A stretch of DNA of 64,000 nt from an uncultured Acidobacteriota bacterium. GTDB taxonomy: Bacteria > Acidobacteriota > Vicinamibacteria > Vicinamibacterales > 2-12-FULL-66-21. Positions 61,520 through 64,000 of this stretch are shown here, piece after piece; the first letter of the stretch is position 1, and each line of letters starts with the position of its first letter. The stretch covers positions 465,260 through 529,259 of the forward strand of contig CAVTIL010000015.1 of the NCBI GenBank assembly GCA_963734695.1. The letters are read 5' to 3'. The notes below the pieces were generated by a model. That model searched no databases. It saw only the letters and a program-made list of their open reading frames with translations, and was not told where the DNA came from. Both the position numbers and the translations under genes were made by a program.

Positions 61520-62797
61520 TCAGATCTCCCCACGCGCCGCCGCGAGCTCGAGCTGCTGATCGGTCGCCTCGACGAATTCCCCTTCCCACTTCGCGATCAC
61601 CACAGTCGCCAGGCAGTTGCCGATCACGTTCGTCATTGTTCGCGCCATGTCCATCAGCTCGTCCACACCCAGGATGAGTGTCACCCCCTCGAGAGGCAGC
61701 CCGTAGCTGGCAAGCGTGCCCGCGAGAATGACCAGAGACGCCCGGGGTACTCCCGCCACGCCCTTGCTGGTCAGCATCAGCGTGACCAGCATCGTGATCT
61801 GGTGCCCGATCGTCAACTGCACGCCGGCGGCCTGCGCGACGAACACGGCTGCCAGCGAGAGGTACAACGTCGTCCCATCGAGATTGAAACTGTAGCCCAG
61901 CGGAAGGACGAACGACACGATGCGCCGCGGAACACCCAGGCGCTCGAGCGCCTCCATCGCGCGCGGCAGTGCGGCTTCGCTCGACGTCGTCGAGAACGCA
62001 ATGATCGCCGGTTCCTTGACCGCGCGGATGAACTTCCGGAGCGGGACCTTGAACAGGAGGGCGATCGGAAGGAACACGGCAAGGATGAGAACGGCCAGGG
62101 CGCCGTAGAGGGTCGCGACGAGCCAGGCCAGGTTGTACAGCACGCCGATGCCGCCATGGCCGACGGTATAGGCAATGGCCGCACCGACGCCGACAGGCGC
62201 GTAGTGCATCACGATGTTCGTGAACTTGAACATCGTCTCGGCGAGCGCTTCGCACCAGGCCAGCACCGGTCGTCCCTTGTCGCCAATCATGCCCAGCGCA
62301 ATCCCGAAGAAAATGCTGAACACGACGATTTGAAGCACGTCCCCTTTGGCCATCGCATCCAACAGCGATTCGGGAACGACGTGAAGGAGGATCTGATCCC
62401 ACGTCTGAGGCTTGGCCGTTATGTCGGATGCCTGGCCTATCGGCAGGTTGACGCCGACTCCGGGCTTCGTCAGGTTGACCGCAACGAGCCCAATCACCAG
62501 CGCGAGCGTGGTGACGACTTCGAAGTAGATGAGTGCCCGCAGTCCCATCCGTCCGACGACCTTGAAGTGGCCTGCCCCGGCGATCCCCGCCACGAGCGTT
62601 GCGAAGATCAGCGGTGCGATGACCATCTTGATCAGCCGAAGGAACAACTGGCTGAAGGGACGGAAGTAGACGGCATATCCCGGGTGCGTGGCGTCGATAA
62701 TGGCGCCGACAATGATGCCGAGGATCAGGCCGGCGAAAATCTGCTGGGTCAGCGTGAAGCCGCGTCGCGGCGTGAGCGGGGTTGCGGCCTGTGCCAT
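61520..62797 (-). CDS. dicarboxylate/amino-acid:cation symporter (DAACS; DctA/GltP family)
   Basis: 425 aa. 8-10 hydrophobic segments and re-entrant-loop motifs (AFSTTSSEAALP, NLDGTTLYLSLAAVFVAQ, GVPRASLVILAGTL). Intact. Confidence 0.85.
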   Translation of the reverse strand: MAQAATPLTPRRGFTLTQQIFAGLILGIIVGAIIDATHPGYAVYFRPFSQLFLRLIKMVIAPLIFATLVAGIAGAGHFKVVGRMGLRALIYFEVVTTLALVIGLVAVNLTKPGVGVNLPIGQASDITAKPQTWDQILLHVVPESLLDAMAKGDVLQIVVFSIFFGIALGMIGDKGRPVLAWCEALAETMFKFTNIVMHYAPVGVGAAIAYTVGHGGIGVLYNLAWLVATLYGALAVLILAVFLPIALLFKVPLRKFIRAVKEPAIIAFSTTSSEAALPRAMEALERLGVPRRIVSFVLPLGYSFNLDGTTLYLSLAAVFVAQAAGVQLTIGHQITMLVTLMLTSKGVAGVPRASLVILAGTLASYGLPLEGVTLILGVDELMDMARTMTNVIGNCLATVVIAKWEGEFVEATDQQLELAAARGEI

Positions 62798-62858
62798 CGA
62801 ATCGTGTCCTCCCCGGAGGCGCCGGGATCACGGGATTCTATCCGAACTGAAACGAACA

Positions 62859-62981
62859 GGTTCTACAGGGTTCTGCTGGGTTCTACGAGGTTCTGCAAGG
62901 TTCTGCAAGGTTCTCTGAACCGAATGAACCCCGAACGAACCCCGTAGAACCTTGTAGAACCCTGTAGAACCCTGCAGAACC
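62859..62981. repeat. 10-bp-phased pentamer array: (GGTTC-N5)x6 followed by (N5-GAACC)x7, an inverted pair of direct-repeat arrays
   Basis: GGTTC starts at 62859, 69, 79, 89, 99 and 909. GAACC starts at 62917, 27, 37, 47, 57, 67 and 77. Exact 10-nt periodicity. Unit consensus GGTTCTRCAR. Lies between the methyltransferase stop (62993) and the DctA-like start (62797). Confidence 0.85.
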
Positions 62982-62992
62982 TGAAGTGAGTT

Positions 62993-63733
62993 CTAAATCC
63001 ATAGACTGCGGGCGGTCAGCTCGCGCGGATCTAGTCCGGCCGAGCGACCGAGGAGGCGCTGACGCTCGGGAAGGTCGATTCTGAACCGCCACTCGTCGGC
63101 TCTGCCGCCACCGGCCACGAACCGGTCCTGCCATTCGGCCCACCAGGCGAGTGCGCGTTTCGCAATCGGCTCGATCACGAGCACGTGCGCACCCTGTTCG
63201 CGTGCGTCAAGCAGTTTGATCAGCAGTACCGACCGCGCGTCATCGTCGATCTCGTTGATTGAATAGGCAGCCAGGATTCCGTGGCCTTTACGGCCACGAA
63301 TTGGCGCGCGCATCATGTCGCCTTGCCCCGCGTATCCGCCGATGCCGAACTGCCGGTACGTCCAGCTGGCCTCGGACACCGCCCACGGATGCTTGTCGAC
63401 GCCGTTGATTGAGGACCCGCTCTCCATCGCCCACGCCGCGCCAGCCGCACCCGTGCCGCAGCCGAGATCCAGTATGTGGGCAACATATCGCGCGCGATCG
63501 ATCGCCCGGACGATTTCACGGGTGACCAGAAAATGGAAAGGCCCGTAGAACAGCCCGAACGCGGCTCGTTTTCCTGCCGTGCTCAATGCGGCTCCCTGCG
63601 CCAGCTTCGACCGGCGCTCGACGTAGCACGACGAAAGGGAACGCAGCGCGCGGGCCACCTCGGAGGGCCTGAGGTTCGCGAGATGCCGTTTGTCCAGCGC
63701 CGCCAGCCAGTCAGAGAACGACGTGTCTGTCAC
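62993..63733 (-). CDS. class I SAM-dependent methyltransferase
   Basis: 246 aa. Motif I ILDLGCGTGAAGAAWA. Acidic motif II region. Intact. Confidence 0.65.
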   Translation of the reverse strand: MTDTSFSDWLAALDKRHLANLRPSEVARALRSLSSCYVERRSKLAQGAALSTAGKRAAFGLFYGPFHFLVTREIVRAIDRARYVAHILDLGCGTGAAGAAWAMESGSSINGVDKHPWAVSEASWTYRQFGIGGYAGQGDMMRAPIRGRKGHGILAAYSINEIDDDARSVLLIKLLDAREQGAHVLVIEPIAKRALAWWAEWQDRFVAGGGRADEWRFRIDLPERQRLLGRSAGLDPRELTARSLWI

Positions 63734-63786
63734 AGTTAGGACATTGTGGCACTGGATCTTTCAGGGGGCACGGAGGAGACGAAGAC

Positions 63787-64000
63787 CTACAGCTCCACCT
63801 GCATACCGAGCTCAACTACCCGTTCGGGAGGAATCTTGAAGAACGCATTCGCGCGCATGGCATTGCGGGCAATCAGCACGAAGAGCCGTTCGCGCCACAG
63901 CGGCAGCCCGGGGCGGCGAGTCGCCAGTAACGTCTCAATGCCGAGAAAGAACGTCGTCTCGTTCAGGTCGAGCGGGAAACCGCGGGCCGAGGCCTCCTCG
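63787..64000 (-). CDS. kup: potassium uptake protein Kup/HAK/KT family, C-terminal fragment (gene continues beyond window)
   Basis: The reverse-strand frame with no stop up to the window edge ends ...RERLFVLIARNAMRANAFFKIPPERVVELGMQVEL*. This matches the conserved Kup C-terminus (...FRIPPNRVVELGTQVEI). Confidence 0.55.
   Translation of the reverse strand, partial: EEASARGFPLDLNETTFFLGIETLLATRRPGLPLWRERLFVLIARNAMRANAFFKIPPERVVELGMQVEL

Noticed and set aside
61802-62947. 381-aa plus-strand ORF overlapping the DctA-like gene and running into the 10-bp repeat array
   Set aside because: Antisense to an intact DAACS transporter. Its 3' part is simply a translation of the repeat array.
62859-62981. 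Possible CRISPR array
   Set aside because: Units are 10 bp with no unique spacers. The arrangement is direct-then-inverted and no cas genes are nearby.

Overview
64-kb segment, about 67% GC, with gene content typical of a soil Acidobacteriota chromosome: four ADOP-type double-FtsX permeases, PD40 beta-propeller Ser/Thr kinases, CarboxypepD_reg, BlaI/BlaR1, HEAT-repeat proteins, GH16/GH43, YVTN and ThuA proteins. I call about 50 protein genes. I found no rRNA, tRNA, CRISPR array, transposase or integrase. Roughly half of the genes are interrupted by apparent single-base frameshifts. The two halves still read as one conserved protein in every case. The most economical explanation is an indel-prone assembly (uncorrected long reads or a draft MAG); genuine pseudogenisation cannot be excluded. 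One ADOP paralog (53.9-56.4 kb) and a giant secreted BNR/pentapeptide/HYR gene (25.0-29.4 kb) carry many shifts and may be truly decayed.

Main points of interest:
1. A co-directional minus-strand locus at 39.0-47.8 kb. Gene order is MscL, vWA lipoprotein, PspA/IM30, a NitT/TauT-type ABC transporter whose substrate-binding protein is fused to an OmpA-like domain, a 2-TM coiled-coil protein, a classic-clade AAA+ ATPase with a long N-terminal domain, and a small helical protein. I interpret this as a candidate envelope-stress or ESCRT-III/Vps4-like membrane-remodelling module.
2. A sigma-54 enhancer-binding protein transcribed divergently from a flotillin gene that carries a -24/-12 promoter.
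3. Tandemly duplicated Ser/Thr kinases next to an unusual winged-helix+FHA regulator, with a 14-nt motif shared between two kinase-adjacent promoters.
4. A BlaI repressor with a candidate operator palindrome, followed by a BlaR1 M56 peptidase fused to HEAT repeats and two more HEAT-repeat genes.
5. Repeat architectures: 6+7 copies of a GGTTC/GAACC pentamer (each with 5-nt spacer) phased at exactly 10 bp in inverted orientation upstream of a DctA-like gene; a heptamer array and its inverse forming a long hairpin next to a terminator; and (CGCGAAC)8 and GATCAGN heptamer arrays.
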